49,854 nucleotides of DNA from Candidatus Omnitrophota bacterium (lineage in GTDB: Bacteria; Omnitrophota; Gorgyraeia; Zapsychrales; JBDRMG01): assembly GCA_043812495.1 (NCBI GenBank), contig JBDRMG010000057.1, forward strand, positions 1 to 49,854, read 5' to 3'. Below are positions 38,354-47,977 of this stretch, piece by piece. The position numbers and the translations under genes were made by a program. Each line of letters starts with the position of its first letter. Within the stretch, counting starts at the first letter, position 1. The notes under the pieces were generated by a model that made no database searches, was not told where the DNA came from, and was given only the letters and a program-made list of their open reading frames with translations.

Positions 38354-39006
38354 AATTGTGATTTAATGCACTTAACGAGCTTGGACGCTAAGATTTTTTT
38401 ATTTTCGCATTTAGCTAAGATGCATTTCTTGCGATCCACCACAAGACCTTGATATCGATGACGGTCGATGGCATTAACCACGACTAAATCGCATTGGGCC
38501 ATCTTAAAAAGCTGATCGATTTTGCGTAACGTTGCCCGTCCCTTCAAGTTCGCCTCTAGCTTAAAACCGACCAGCATAGTTTTTGGATTCTGCTTCTTAA
38601 TCTGCGTGATGATTTTTTTTGTTGGAACAAGATCCAAGTGCAGGCGGCGGCCGGAATCCAATTTTGACGAATAAGTTTTTTTTAGCTGATAATCCGATAC
38701 GGCCGCCGCATGAATCACCACATCATATTTTTTTTTAAGTTCTCGCTTGATGGATTTTGCAAGCTCTTCATAAAAGTTGTATTTAATTAAGCGGTTGGGC
38801 CGGCACGTGGGGACATACGTGACGGGTCCTTGAATCATCGTGACTTTAGCTCCCTCGCGTATGAGTTTGGCGGCTACCTTGTCGCCCAGCTCACCGCTTG
38901 ATTGATTGCTGATCACGCGGATTTTGTCTATTGGAATCCATGTGGGGCCGCATGTGATAAGAATTTTCTTATTTTTCAGGGAATGTTTAGTAGCCAATGT
39001 ATTCAA
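38350..39006 (-). CDS. stand-alone phosphopantothenate--cysteine ligase domain (CoaB-like)
   Basis: [33 protein letters not shown]. Confidence 0.85.
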   Translation of the reverse strand: MNTLATKHSLKNKKILITCGPTWIPIDKIRVISNQSSGELGDKVAAKLIREGAKVTMIQGPVTYVPTCRPNRLIKYNFYEELAKSIKRELKKKYDVVIHAAAVSDYQLKKTYSSKLDSGRRLHLDLVPTKKIITQIKKQNPKTMLVGFKLEANLKGRATLRKIDQLFKMAQCDLVVVNAIDRHRYQGLVVDRKKCILAKCENKKILASKLVKCIKSQL

Positions 39007-40039
39007 GGACTGTTTTTAAATTTGCTTTGATGCTGACCGGCTCTTTGATGTTTTTGATTGCGATATTGGGGTCTTTGAGGCCATGGCCGGTCAAAGTGCA
39101 GACAATATTCCCCTTTTGTCCTTTGAAATAATTCGCTTTGTGAAGCTTGAGGATTCCCGCGACGGATGCAGCCGAGGCCGGTTCGACAAAAACGCCTTCT
39201 TTGGATGCCAGCAGTTTGTAGGCCTCGAGAATCTCTTCGTCTGTGACGGCTTGAATCAGACCGCCGGATTCATCGCGAGCCGCTTCAGCGCTTTTCCAGC
39301 TGGCCGGATTTCCTATCCGAATGGCCGTGGCGATGGTTTCAGGATTTTTGATAATTCGTCCATCGACGATTGGAGCAGATTTGGCCGCTTGAAAACCGAG
39401 CATTCTGGGCAATTTCGTTGATTTTTGCTTGTCTTTGTATTCCTTGTATCCCTTCCAATAAGCGGTGATGTTTCCGGCATTGCCGACGGGAATAGCATGA
39501 AAATCAGGGGCATCTCCAAGAAAATCACAGATTTCAAACGAGGCGGTCTTCTGCCCTTCGATGCGATAAGGATTGAGCGAATTGACCAAAGCAATAGGAT
39601 AATGGCTGGTGATTTCTTTGACCAATTCCAGGGCCTCGTCAAAGTTTCCCTTGACCGCAATAACCTGGGCATTATGAATCATGGCTTGAGCCAATTTTCC
39701 TAGCGCGATATTTCCTTCGGGAATCAGGACGATGCATTTGAGACCGCTTCTGGCGGCGTAGGCCGCGGCCGAAGCCGATGTATTTCCGGTTGAGGCGCAC
39801 ATGACAGCAGTCGACCCTTCTTCAATGGCTTTCGAGATTGCGACCGTCATGCCGCGATCTTTGAACGAACCGGTTGGATTCAGACCCTCATATTTCAAAT
39901 AGACATCAAGGCCGATCTCTTCGGTTAAAGAACGAGCGAGAATAAGCGGTGTATGCCCTTCATTCAAACTCACAATGGGCGTGCGTTGAGTGATCGGTAA
40001 AAAATCCTTATATTGATGAATCACGCCTTTCCAGATCAT
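38987..40039 (-). CDS. thrC: threonine synthase
   Basis: [31 protein letters not shown]. Confidence 0.96.
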   Translation of the reverse strand: MIWKGVIHQYKDFLPITQRTPIVSLNEGHTPLILARSLTEEIGLDVYLKYEGLNPTGSFKDRGMTVAISKAIEEGSTAVMCASTGNTSASAAAYAARSGLKCIVLIPEGNIALGKLAQAMIHNAQVIAVKGNFDEALELVKEITSHYPIALVNSLNPYRIEGQKTASFEICDFLGDAPDFHAIPVGNAGNITAYWKGYKEYKDKQKSTKLPRMLGFQAAKSAPIVDGRIIKNPETIATAIRIGNPASWKSAEAARDESGGLIQAVTDEEILEAYKLLASKEGVFVEPASAASVAGILKLHKANYFKGQKGNIVCTLTGHGLKDPNIAIKNIKEPVSIKANLKTVLEYIGY

Positions 40040-41334
40040 TATAATTTCTCCATGCGGATGGCGACCGGTTTGCTGCGAATAACAGACAAACGGCTGATTT
40101 TTTCAAGAGCCAAACGAAGCCGGCGTTCTTTCACATGATGGGTGAGCATGACAATGGGAACAGCCGAAGATTTTTTACGTATTTTTTGGCTTAAAGAGGC
40201 GATGCTGATGCCGTATTTACCTAAGATGCCGGAAATCGTCGCTAATACGCCCGGTTTATCAATCGCCATAAAACGGATATAGAATTCTGTTTCAATATCG
40301 GCAATTCTGCGCAAACGTATTTTGGATGTTTCTTTGGCTAGAGTGGCGATGTAGGGCAGAGCCTTCCCGTCCAAGCGAGCGGATAGTTTTAAAAGATCGC
40401 TGATCACGCCCATGGCTGCAGATTTCTGACCGGCCCCTTGACCGGATATCATCACCTCACCCAAAGGATAGGTATCCAAATAAACGGCGTTGTTGACACC
40501 GTGAATCGATGCCAGAGGGTGGCTGTTGGCAATCAGCGTTGGGTGCACCCTGACTTCAAGCTCTCCGTGAACTTTCTTTGCGATCGCTAAAAGCTTAATC
40601 GTTAGGTTGAGGCTTTTGGCATATTCGATATCCACAGAAGAAATATGACTGATTCCCTCGAGGTGAATGTTCTTAATCTTGATAAATTTGCCTAAGGTCA
40701 AAAATACCAAGATGGCTAATTTGTGCGCTGAATCCATTCCGTTGATGTCGAGCGTAGGATTGCTTTCAGCAAAGCCCCTCTTTTGGGCATCCTTGAGGGC
40801 TTCGGAAAAAGTCAAGTTGCTGTTGGTCATTTGACTCAGGATGAAATTGCAAGTCCCGTTGATAATTCCGTACAGACCCCTGAATTTATTGCCGGCTAAT
40901 CCTTCGGCTATGGAATTGATCAAAGGGATTCCGGCTCCGACGGATGTTTCGAAATAAATGTGTCGATTTCGGCGGATGGCTTCGCGAAAGATCTCTTTGC
41001 CCCGCAAGGCCAGGAGTTCTTTGTTTGCAGTGATAATGTGCTTGCCGCTTCTTAAAGAACCCAGGATGATATCCGCCGCCGGTTTTGTCCCGCCGATGAG
41101 CTCGATCACAACATCGATGGAAGGATCCTCTACGACGTCCTGATAACGGGTTGTGCGCTTGGCGCGCACGCGCAAAGGGAATCTCTTGTTGGCGATATCC
41201 AGATCGCAGAGAGTTTTGACGGTAAACTCCGTTGCAAATCTCTTTTTGAAGAATTGTTTGTGTTCGCTTAAGAACCGGACAACACCAATTCCGACGACAC
41301 CGCATCCAATGAGGCCAATGTTTAATTTTTTCAT
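40039..41334 (-). CDS. hom: homoserine dehydrogenase with ACT domain
   Basis: [33 protein letters not shown]. Confidence 0.95.
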   Translation of the reverse strand: MKKLNIGLIGCGVVGIGVVRFLSEHKQFFKKRFATEFTVKTLCDLDIANKRFPLRVRAKRTTRYQDVVEDPSIDVVIELIGGTKPAADIILGSLRSGKHIITANKELLALRGKEIFREAIRRNRHIYFETSVGAGIPLINSIAEGLAGNKFRGLYGIINGTCNFILSQMTNSNLTFSEALKDAQKRGFAESNPTLDINGMDSAHKLAILVFLTLGKFIKIKNIHLEGISHISSVDIEYAKSLNLTIKLLAIAKKVHGELEVRVHPTLIANSHPLASIHGVNNAVYLDTYPLGEVMISGQGAGQKSAAMGVISDLLKLSARLDGKALPYIATLAKETSKIRLRRIADIETEFYIRFMAIDKPGVLATISGILGKYGISIASLSQKIRKKSSAVPIVMLTHHVKERRLRLALEKISRLSVIRSKPVAIRMEKL

Positions 41335-41338
41335 AACG

Positions 41339-41719
41339 TTACTCTTTCTTGATTTGATCTTTAAGTTTTGAGAAGGTTTCAATGATTTTATTGAGCACGT
41401 GCTCTGATTCCGGGCTCAATGGATCAAACGTTAGGCGTGTTTCAAAAAGCATTCCTGTGATTTTCTCATGAGATTCCAGGACAGTGCCTTCAATATGAGC
41501 CGTTCCGGCAAGATAAGGGGTTTTGAGCTCGATACATAATTTTGTAGAAGGGGGATAGCGATGGCCGGCCACGAAGCACATTCCTCCCAGGCTGATATTC
41601 TTTAGTTGGGAGACATCGTGTTTTTGGGAGCGGTCATTTTTATCGCAATAGGAAATAATAAAGTTCTTCTCGATGCGAATATAATGCCTTCGTTCTTCCT
41701 GATCCCACTTTTCTTCCAT
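41339..41719 (-). CDS. PilZ-domain protein
   Basis: ERRHYIR and NISLGG; AGGAG RBS before ATG 41719. Confidence 0.9.
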   Translation of the reverse strand: MEEKWDQEERRHYIRIEKNFIISYCDKNDRSQKHDVSQLKNISLGGMCFVAGHRYPPSTKLCIELKTPYLAGTAHIEGTVLESHEKITGMLFETRLTFDPLSPESEHVLNKIIETFSKLKDQIKKE

Positions 41720-41748
41720 GATTCTTATGCTCCTTTTTGGAAAATTAA

Positions 41749-41870
41749 TCGGGAAGGCGGGACTCGCCCGCCTCGCCATTCGCCGTCGTAGGCGAATGGC
41801 GAGCGAGGTCTCGCCCCGCTTTATTCTTGCATTATGTCAGTATGCAAGAAGCGGGGCGGAAACCCGCGAC
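41749..41870 (-). pseudogene. duplicated 3' fragment of tRNA-Pro with a 94-bp insertion in the T-loop
   Basis: tcgggaaggcgggactcg + [41767-41860] + aacccgcgac matches 41899-41926. Confidence 0.88.
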
Positions 41871-41898
41871 TTTCAGTCCTTCTTCATCTTTCATATAA

Positions 41899-41974
41899 TC
41901 GGGAAGGCGGGACTCGAACCCGCGACCCCTTGAACCCCATTCAAGTGCGCTAAGCCAAACTGCGCTACTTCCCG
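41899..41974 (-). tRNA. tRNA-Pro(GGG)
   Basis: CGGGAAG/CTTCCCG acceptor, CTTGA-ATGGGGT-TCAAG anticodon arm, TTCGAGT T-loop. Confidence 0.93.
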
Positions 41975-41977
41975 TAA

Positions 41978-42078
41978 ATGAAGCCATAACTTACGCGTGC
42001 CGACTTTGTCGGCAAAGCGTAAGTTATTTGGCTGAATTTACCCCGCCCTTTTGACTTTGTCAAAAGGGCGGGGTAAAA
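41978..42078 (-). repeat. two-hairpin element filling the gpsA to tRNA-Pro gap
   Basis: atga-agcc...ggct-gaat hairpin abutting ttaccccgccc...gggcggggtaa; same frame as 43073-43170 and 29651-29757. Confidence 0.85.
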
Positions 42079-43074
42079 CTATTCTGCTTTTTGCTTCCGT
42101 GACATTAAATCCACAACAGCGGCAATGGGTTTTTTCCCTTGATAGATCAGATGATAGACTTCCGTTGTGATCGGTGCCGAAATCTTATGCTTTTGACTCA
42201 ATAAATAGATAGCTTTAACAGTCGGTATTCCCTCAGCGACCATCTCCATGTTTCGCATAATAGTTTTTATGCTCTTACCTTTTCCTATCTCCTCACCGAC
42301 ATACCGATTGCGGCTTTGCGTGCTCATGCATGTCGTGACGAGGTCTCCTAAACCTGATAAGCCCGAAAAAGTTTTGGCTTTGGCCCCTAGGGCTTTGCCT
42401 AGGCGTGTCATTTCGGCTAGTCCGCGTGTCACGATAGCTGCTTTGGTGTTTGTTCCTAAGCCCAGCCCGTCGCAGACACCGCAAGCAATAGCGATGATAT
42501 TTTTTATACTTCCGCCAAGTTCAACACCGACCATATCCGAGTTGGTATAGATCCGAAAGGTTTTCGAATGAAAAACTTCTTGAAGCTTTTTTGCGATACG
42601 ATGGTCTTTTGAACTGATCACGGCCGTTGACGGAATACCAAGCGCAACTTCCCTGGCGATTGTTGGGCCGGAAAGAACAGCCAGCTTGACCTGTCTCAGG
42701 TGCTCAGAGATTAACTCGGACATGCGTTTAAGGGATTTTGTATCCACACCCTTAATCACACTAAGAATAATCTTTTGAGAAAGGTCACATTTTCTTAACT
42801 TTTGCAAAACCGAAATCACGTATTGTGACGGGACAGCCAGGACGATTAACTCAGCCTCACAAATCGCCGTTTGCAAATTGTCAAAGAATTCAACTGAACT
42901 TGGGATCTTGATGCCTTTTAAGAATTTTGAGTTTTCATGCGTTTTTCTTAGAGTCGCAATGTAGTCAGGAAACGCGCCCCAAATTTTGACCTGAAAACCT
43001 TTTCGCGCGAGATAGATGGCGAGCGTTGTTCCCCAGCCGCCGTCACCGATAATGGTAATATTTTTCATTTCCAT
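42079..43074 (-). CDS. gpsA: NAD(P)H-dependent glycerol-3-phosphate dehydrogenase
   Basis: GDGGWGT, LSGP, KNIIAIACG, GLGDLVTTC, SRNR, AEG; start 43074 or 43068. Confidence 0.96.
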   Translation of the reverse strand: MEMKNITIIGDGGWGTTLAIYLARKGFQVKIWGAFPDYIATLRKTHENSKFLKGIKIPSSVEFFDNLQTAICEAELIVLAVPSQYVISVLQKLRKCDLSQKIILSVIKGVDTKSLKRMSELISEHLRQVKLAVLSGPTIAREVALGIPSTAVISSKDHRIAKKLQEVFHSKTFRIYTNSDMVGVELGGSIKNIIAIACGVCDGLGLGTNTKAAIVTRGLAEMTRLGKALGAKAKTFSGLSGLGDLVTTCMSTQSRNRYVGEEIGKGKSIKTIMRNMEMVAEGIPTVKAIYLLSQKHKISAPITTEVYHLIYQGKKPIAAVVDLMSRKQKAE

Positions 43075-43198
43075 GAGCGCATGATTTATACGTGCCGATC
43101 GTTGTCGGCTAAGTATAAATCATTTGCGCGAATTGACCCAGCCCGCCATTGATTCAGTGGCGGGCTGGGTACAGCAAATTAAATTTTACTATTTCCTT
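43068..43198 (-). repeat. intergenic composite hairpin element, copy 2
   Basis: same ends and central GGGTCAATTC as 2899-3005; overlaps the gpsA start. Confidence 0.88.
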
Positions 43199-43201
43199 TG
43201 A

Positions 43202-43561
43202 TCAGGCGTTGGTTGCCTTTGATTCTCTGGTTAGAAACTGCACCCCGACATCAAACTCACCTTGGTCAATTTGGTCGACCCAAATCACTTTCCCAAGAAT
43301 TCCCTGCTGAATAATGACAGCCCTTTTCTCGATTTCCTCACATTGCGCCAGGGCATCTCGGTCTAACCTCAGCCATAACGTGCATCCAACGGGAACATCC
43401 TCTGGTAAATTGCATCGCAATCCGTCTTCGCTGATATTATTGGTATATCCTTCCAATATTTTCTCGACCGTGCTTTCCTTGCAAACTTTATAAGTCAAAA
43501 GCGTTTTGCAAGGTAAGCGTATGGCCGTACGCCGTTCCAAAGGTTTAATGACTTTATTCAT
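43202..43561 (-). CDS. PilZ-domain protein
   Basis: ERRTAIR and NISEDG motifs, GKVIW, VGVQF. Confidence 0.88.
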   Translation of the reverse strand: MNKVIKPLERRTAIRLPCKTLLTYKVCKESTVEKILEGYTNNISEDGLRCNLPEDVPVGCTLWLRLDRDALAQCEEIEKRAVIIQQGILGKVIWVDQIDQGEFDVGVQFLTRESKATNA

Positions 43562-43704
43562 ATTTTTTCTAATTAATATTAATACTAAATATGTTTGTAT
43601 TATATCTAATTGTGACCTCTATTCAAGAGAAAAATATGGTTCGATTGAACAGCTTCTAACCGATGATTCTGTAGGAAGTTGCGAAGAATAAGGATCCCAG
43701 AAGA

Positions 43705-44412
43705 CTATCGCCAGATAAATTTTTCGCGAATAACTTCAAAGAGATAGGCGGCGCCCCAACGCAAGACTTGGAGTTTTCGCTCTCCCCCTTCTCTTCTGGG
43801 CTCATCACCGGGGATTTCGGCGATTTTGAGTTTGCGCTTGGCGGCGCGGATGGATAAAAGCGGCTCCCAGCTCACATCCGTATGGAATAACCGCTCTTCG
43901 GTTTGATAACTTTTGTCCTTATCAAGATCAAGATCGTAGATCAACTGCGTTTTGTAGGCCCGGTAAATGACCATGGCATCCGTATAGTGACCGCCGTGGA
44001 AAAGATTAATCAGCGATGTAAACATAAAATTACCAAAACCGGTGATGACATCATCATCATAGCTTTTGGCGCCTTTGGCGTAGCGGGAAACAATAACCAT
44101 GTCGTAATCGCCTTCTTTCATTTTATTGATGCAATCAGGAATCAATTCGGGAATAGAGTTTCCGTCAGGACTAAAGGTCAAGACCACGTCTCCCTTGATG
44201 TAAGGCAAGGCCTCATTGTAGGCCTGGCGAAGCCCCATTTTCTTCTGAATAATGACGTCATAACCTTGCTCTTTGGCGTATTCGGCTGTACCGTCGGTCG
44301 ATTGACCGTCGACAACAAGAATTTGGTCGCACCATTCGGGATTGATTTTGGGCATGATGGTCTTCATGCCTTCTATTTCATTGAGCGTGGGAATAAAAAG
44401 AGTGACTTTCAT
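43705..44412 (-). CDS. glycosyltransferase family 2
   Basis: IPTLNE, VVDGQSTDGT, SPDGN, VIVSRY. Confidence 0.92.
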   Translation of the reverse strand: MKVTLFIPTLNEIEGMKTIMPKINPEWCDQILVVDGQSTDGTAEYAKEQGYDVIIQKKMGLRQAYNEALPYIKGDVVLTFSPDGNSIPELIPDCINKMKEGDYDMVIVSRYAKGAKSYDDDVITGFGNFMFTSLINLFHGGHYTDAMVIYRAYKTQLIYDLDLDKDKSYQTEERLFHTDVSWEPLLSIRAAKRKLKIAEIPGDEPRREGGERKLQVLRWGAAYLFEVIREKFIWR

Positions 44413-44456
44413 AGATTTTTTCCTTTTAAGTTGGCTAGATGAACAACAAAAAAATG

Positions 44457-44522
44457 TCCGTCAACTTTGTAAAACAAAGTTGACGAGATCTCGCTATCCC
44501 GATGCCTCATCGGGATAGCGGA
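44457..44522. mobile_element. 66-bp tccg...cgagatctcg...cgga double-hairpin inserted in the CCA of tRNA-Gly
   Basis: removal restores GCCCGC-TCCA on the minus strand; same frame at 41767-41860 and 45174-45246. Confidence 0.8.
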
Positions 44523-44523
44523 G

Positions 44524-44594
44524 AGCGGGCGATGAGAATCGAACCCACGTATCAAGCTTGGAAGGCTTGTGTTCTACCACTGAACTACGCCCGC
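44524..44594 (-). tRNA. tRNA-Gly(TCC)
   Basis: GCGGGCG/CGCCCGC acceptor, CAAGC-CTTCCAA-GCTTG anticodon arm. Confidence 0.95.
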
Positions 44595-44616
44595 ATTTCA
44601 TTAAATCAGAGTTATA

Positions 44617-44734
44617 TGTTCTGCCATCCCGACATTCCTTCGACTTATCGTCGAAGTCAGTCGGGACCCCGACCTCCGACTTTTCTGTTTATTGGATTGT
44701 GGAAGTCGGAGTGTCGGGGCTGAACTACGCCCGC
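44617..44734 (-). pseudogene. duplicated 5' fragment of tRNA-Gly with a 93-bp double-hairpin in the D-loop
   Basis: tgttctgcca + [44627-44719] + ctgaactacgcccgc versus tgttctaccactgaactacgcccgc of the intact gene. Confidence 0.85.
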
Positions 44735-44775
44735 GCGTAAATCTACCTTAATTTTTTATTCAGAAAAGATTAAGC

Positions 44776-45051
44776 GCCCCGAGTTTCTCGATTATTACGG
44801 TTTGAAACGAGGGGCAAGTCTATTTAAGAGCTAATCCCTCGCGCTTGTCATTAAACAATGTGCGCTCGGGACAACAGTTTTTGTTTTCTAAATAAAGGAA
44901 TTAAGGAACAAAAACCGGTGTTCTGCTTCGCTCTAAGACTTACGTCTGAGAGCTTCGCAGCAACATTCTTCTTCGCCCTAGTAGGTTGATTGCTTCGAAG
45001 CCAAAGGCGGAGTCAGGCAAAGCCTGACGGAAGCACTTTGGCGAAGAAGAA
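44776..45051. repeat. cluster of hairpins between tRNA-Tyr and tRNA-Gly
   Basis: gccccgag...cgaggggc, tccctcg...ctcggga, tgttctgcttcgc...gcttcgcagcaaca (44919-44965), ttcttcttcgcc...ggcgaagaagaa (44966-45051). Confidence 0.8.
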
Positions 45052-45135
<84 letters not shown>

Positions 45136-45155
45136 GAGTTTTCATAAATATCTTA

Positions 45156-45521
45156 AGCCGATGAGAGGCTTCGTCCGTCATCCCGACTTTTCGTCTGGAT
45201 GACGAGATCTCGCCCGTCATTTGCCTTTGGCAAATGACGAGGCGGAAACCCCCGACCCGCTGATTACCCTCGCTATCGCTCGGGATTAATTCGCGCAGTA
45301 ACTTACGTCACTTATGTTCCGTAAGTTACGCGCTCATGAACAAATCAGCTGTCCGTCCCGCCTTTCCTCTGAATTAATTGTTGAGGTCGGGACTTGCAGG
45401 CTTTTCTGTAAATACATTATTGAAGCCGACACTTCGGCTTCCACAATAAAATATGAGAAGAGCCGAAGCGACTTCCAAAATGCAAAAAACAAGAAGAGTC
45501 GGAGCAGCTGAGCTACAAAGC
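45156..45521 (-). pseudogene. copy of tRNA-Thr(TGT) broken by insertions in T-loop, anticodon and D-loop
   Basis: segments agccgatgagaggcttcg / aacccccgacccgctgatta / caaatcagctg / cagctgagctaca match 45655-45727 in order. Confidence 0.85.
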
Positions 45522-45536
45522 ATCAAAAACTATAAC

Positions 45537-45862
45537 TGGAGCTGGCGAGAGGAATTGAACCCCCAACCCGCTGATTATCCCTCGCTATCGCTCGGGATCC
45601 CTCATGGAGTTAAGAAATCAATAAGGAATCCCGAGTCGATAGTTTTTCTAAAAAAGCCGATGAGAGGCTTCGAACCCCCGACCCGCTGATTACAAATCAG
45701 CTGCTCTACCAGCTGAGCTACATCGGCATTAAATTTTCTTTAATCGCCGAGGGACAAATCAGCTGCTTTATCCCGACTTTCCTAATCAAAAATTGTGGAG
45801 GTCGGGACTCCGACTTCCACAATTTAAAATGAGAAAAGTCGGAGCAATTGAACTACGCCAGC
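45537..45862 (-). pseudogene. outer tRNA-Thr(TGT) gene (GCTGGCG...CGCCAGC-TCCA) split in anticodon and D-loop
   Basis: 3' half 45537-45577, middle 45755-45770, 5' end 45845-45862. Confidence 0.85.
45655..45727 (-). tRNA. tRNA-Thr(TGT), intact, nested within the split outer tRNA-Thr
   Basis: GCCGATG/CATCGGC acceptor, GCTGA-TTTGTAA-TCAGC anticodon arm, TTCGAAG T-loop. Confidence 0.93.
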
Positions 45863-45959
45863 AATATTATTACACAAAATCATTTAATCAGCGGTTTAAT
45901 ATATCAGAATTATTCTCGACTGTAAAGCGGATCTTTTTGACAAATAAAATAAATTACCA

Positions 45960-46163
45960 TTACTTCTTGAAATAAATCTTATAAATCAAATAAACATACG
46001 TTACAAGAAAGATGGCACCGTACCAGTACCATTCCAGCTTTAGAATCGGAGTCCAGAGTTTGGCGACCATGAGGGTAAAGGCCATGACGCAGGTTTTTAA
46101 TATGCTGATATCCCAAACCGTCAATTTTTTGATCTTTTCATTCAGCCAGGCGATAAAATTCAT
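45960..46163 (-). CDS. small two-TM membrane protein
   Basis: 67 aa, AAAGGAG RBS, two hydrophobic segments. Confidence 0.75.
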   Translation of the reverse strand: MNFIAWLNEKIKKLTVWDISILKTCVMAFTLMVAKLWTPILKLEWYWYGAIFLVTYVYLIYKIYFKK

Positions 46164-46199
46164 TGCTACTCCTTTCTTCTTTCAGTCATTAGCTTTCAG

Positions 46200-47783
46200 C
46201 TATCCTGATAGACTTCTCTTCCACCACACAAAACATCCCAAAAGCGCAGTGGCAATAGGGACACCAAAAAGGATCACAATCACAATGCGTTTTTGCTGGC
46301 TGGTCAGATCCAGGCGTGGGACGTCGATCTTGCGATTGCCAATCTTAACGAGATTGATCAACTTGGACAGCCAGCCAACGGAGTTCAAAAAGATTTGGGC
46401 GTTGCTGTATTGATCAATGAAGGCGTTGGATACAAAATCCGCGTCTGTAAAGACAATGATGCGCGTATCTGATTCCTTTTTCTCATTTTTGGGTTCCAAG
46501 ACAACGGCGCTCAAAACAACAGGGCCGGGCAGGTCTTTTCCTTCGTCAAATTTGATTTCTAGAGACTCGCTGGTTTCGGCCCAGCTATTTTTTGTTGAAG
46601 CTGTCAAAACAAGCGGAGCAATCTTAATGGTTTTAGAAAGTTCTTTAGCAAGAGAAATAGATCGCGGCCGGACATAAAACGTATAATCCAAGCCTTGTAT
46701 AATATCTTTATGCGGAGGATAGTTGCGGGTCGCAGGAGAACCGGCATCTTCGCCAGCGTGATTTTCTAAATCCACGACGATATCATTGCCGATTTCAAGA
46801 CCCCAGGGATTAAGAAGACTATTGAGGGCCGGATTCTTCAATCGTTCCATGGCGTTTAAAGGGTTTTCAGGAGTCCCGATGGGCTTTGATTCAATCAGAA
46901 TGAGGGCCTTGCCGCCCTTTTTCAAATAATCCTGGATGGACTTTTCTTCTTTTTGTCCGAAAGGATTCTGCGGTCCCGCAATAATAAGGATGTCGCAATC
47001 TTTCGGCGCCGCCTTACCGTCTCCCAAAAAGAGCGTTTGAATCTGACAGTTATTTGTTTCAAGGAGTTTCTTTAAAGTGCTCAAGCCCTTAGCGTCTTTG
47101 TTATCGACATCGTACTCGCCGTGACCGATCAAGAAGTAAATAGATCTCTTGTCACGCGCAACTTCCAGAATCGCGTTTGTCAAAAGTTCTTCGGACAACG
47201 GCTCTTCTTTAAAATCGATGGTTGCTTTTTCTCGTTCGCATTGCACAATAACTTTTTTCTCATCTCCTGTGATCACATTTCCGAATTGGGCGGCATAACC
47301 GAGCTGCTCCAGTGGATCGACAATTTCCGTATCGACCCGGCCTGCGGACATCTTCTCGTATTCAGCGAATAAATCTTCAATGTACTTTGGCGCAAGACCG
47401 ACATGAAACGCGGTGATTTTGACGTCGTGCTTCAAGCCCTTAAGCACGCTTGCGGTGGCATCGCTGAGGGTGTGGTATTTTTGCGCGGTCAAGTCAAAGC
47501 GCCGGTTGTAAGCCTTTGCCAGAAAGTTCGCGCCAACAAGAATAACCAAAAGTCCTGAGATAAAAATGACGACGGGTATGTTTTTGGAGAGCCGTAAGGA
47601 CCTGATCAATTTGCGTAAGTTAAAGAAAAATAGGGACAGAACAAAGATGCTGGCGCCGGCCATGACAAAACCTTTGGCCATATCGTTCAAATCGACTTTC
47701 ACATAGGCTATGGATAAGCCCGCAAGAATCAAAAGAATCCCCAAAAGAGAAAATAAAGGCGCGATTTTTCTTAGAAATTTCAT
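46200..47783 (-). CDS. GldG-like ABC-system auxiliary component
   Basis: RFDLTAQKYHTLSDAT, YFLIGHGE, IIAGPQ, GGKALIL, DADFVSN...N..WL, C-terminal TM. Confidence 0.88.
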   Translation of the reverse strand: MKFLRKIAPLFSLLGILLILAGLSIAYVKVDLNDMAKGFVMAGASIFVLSLFFFNLRKLIRSLRLSKNIPVVIFISGLLVILVGANFLAKAYNRRFDLTAQKYHTLSDATASVLKGLKHDVKITAFHVGLAPKYIEDLFAEYEKMSAGRVDTEIVDPLEQLGYAAQFGNVITGDEKKVIVQCEREKATIDFKEEPLSEELLTNAILEVARDKRSIYFLIGHGEYDVDNKDAKGLSTLKKLLETNNCQIQTLFLGDGKAAPKDCDILIIAGPQNPFGQKEEKSIQDYLKKGGKALILIESKPIGTPENPLNAMERLKNPALNSLLNPWGLEIGNDIVVDLENHAGEDAGSPATRNYPPHKDIIQGLDYTFYVRPRSISLAKELSKTIKIAPLVLTASTKNSWAETSESLEIKFDEGKDLPGPVVLSAVVLEPKNEKKESDTRIIVFTDADFVSNAFIDQYSNAQIFLNSVGWLSKLINLVKIGNRKIDVPRLDLTSQQKRIVIVILFGVPIATALLGCFVWWKRSLSG

Positions 47784-47844
47784 TGGTCTAATAAAAGCTA
47801 GGATTTATAGTTTTCGTTATTATAAAAAATCATTTTTAGAAAAT

Positions 47845-47958
47845 TTAAACGCGGATGTACGCAAATCAAACGCAAATGGTCGCAGATATTATCGGCTGGA
47901 AATAATACCTTATTATCTGCGTTAATTTGTGTGTAATCCGCGTTAATCTGCGTTCAAA
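47845..47958. repeat. inverted array of 10-11-nt aacgcagat / atctgcgtt units
   Basis: aacgcggat, tacgcaaat, aacgcaaat, gtcgcagat versus atctgcgtt, atttgtgtg, atccgcgtt, atctgcgtt. Confidence 0.75.
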
Positions 47959-47977
47959 ATATAAAATTACTTTTATC

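Noticed and set aside
41749..41870. attR of an element integrated at tRNA-Pro
   Set aside because: Only about 28 bp separate the fragment from the intact gene, and there is no integrase or cargo.
45156..45862. group I/II or archaeal-type tRNA introns
   Set aside because: Inserts are too short for ribozyme cores, show no clear bulge-helix-bulge, and the host copies carry decay mutations; splicing is left only as a testable alternative.
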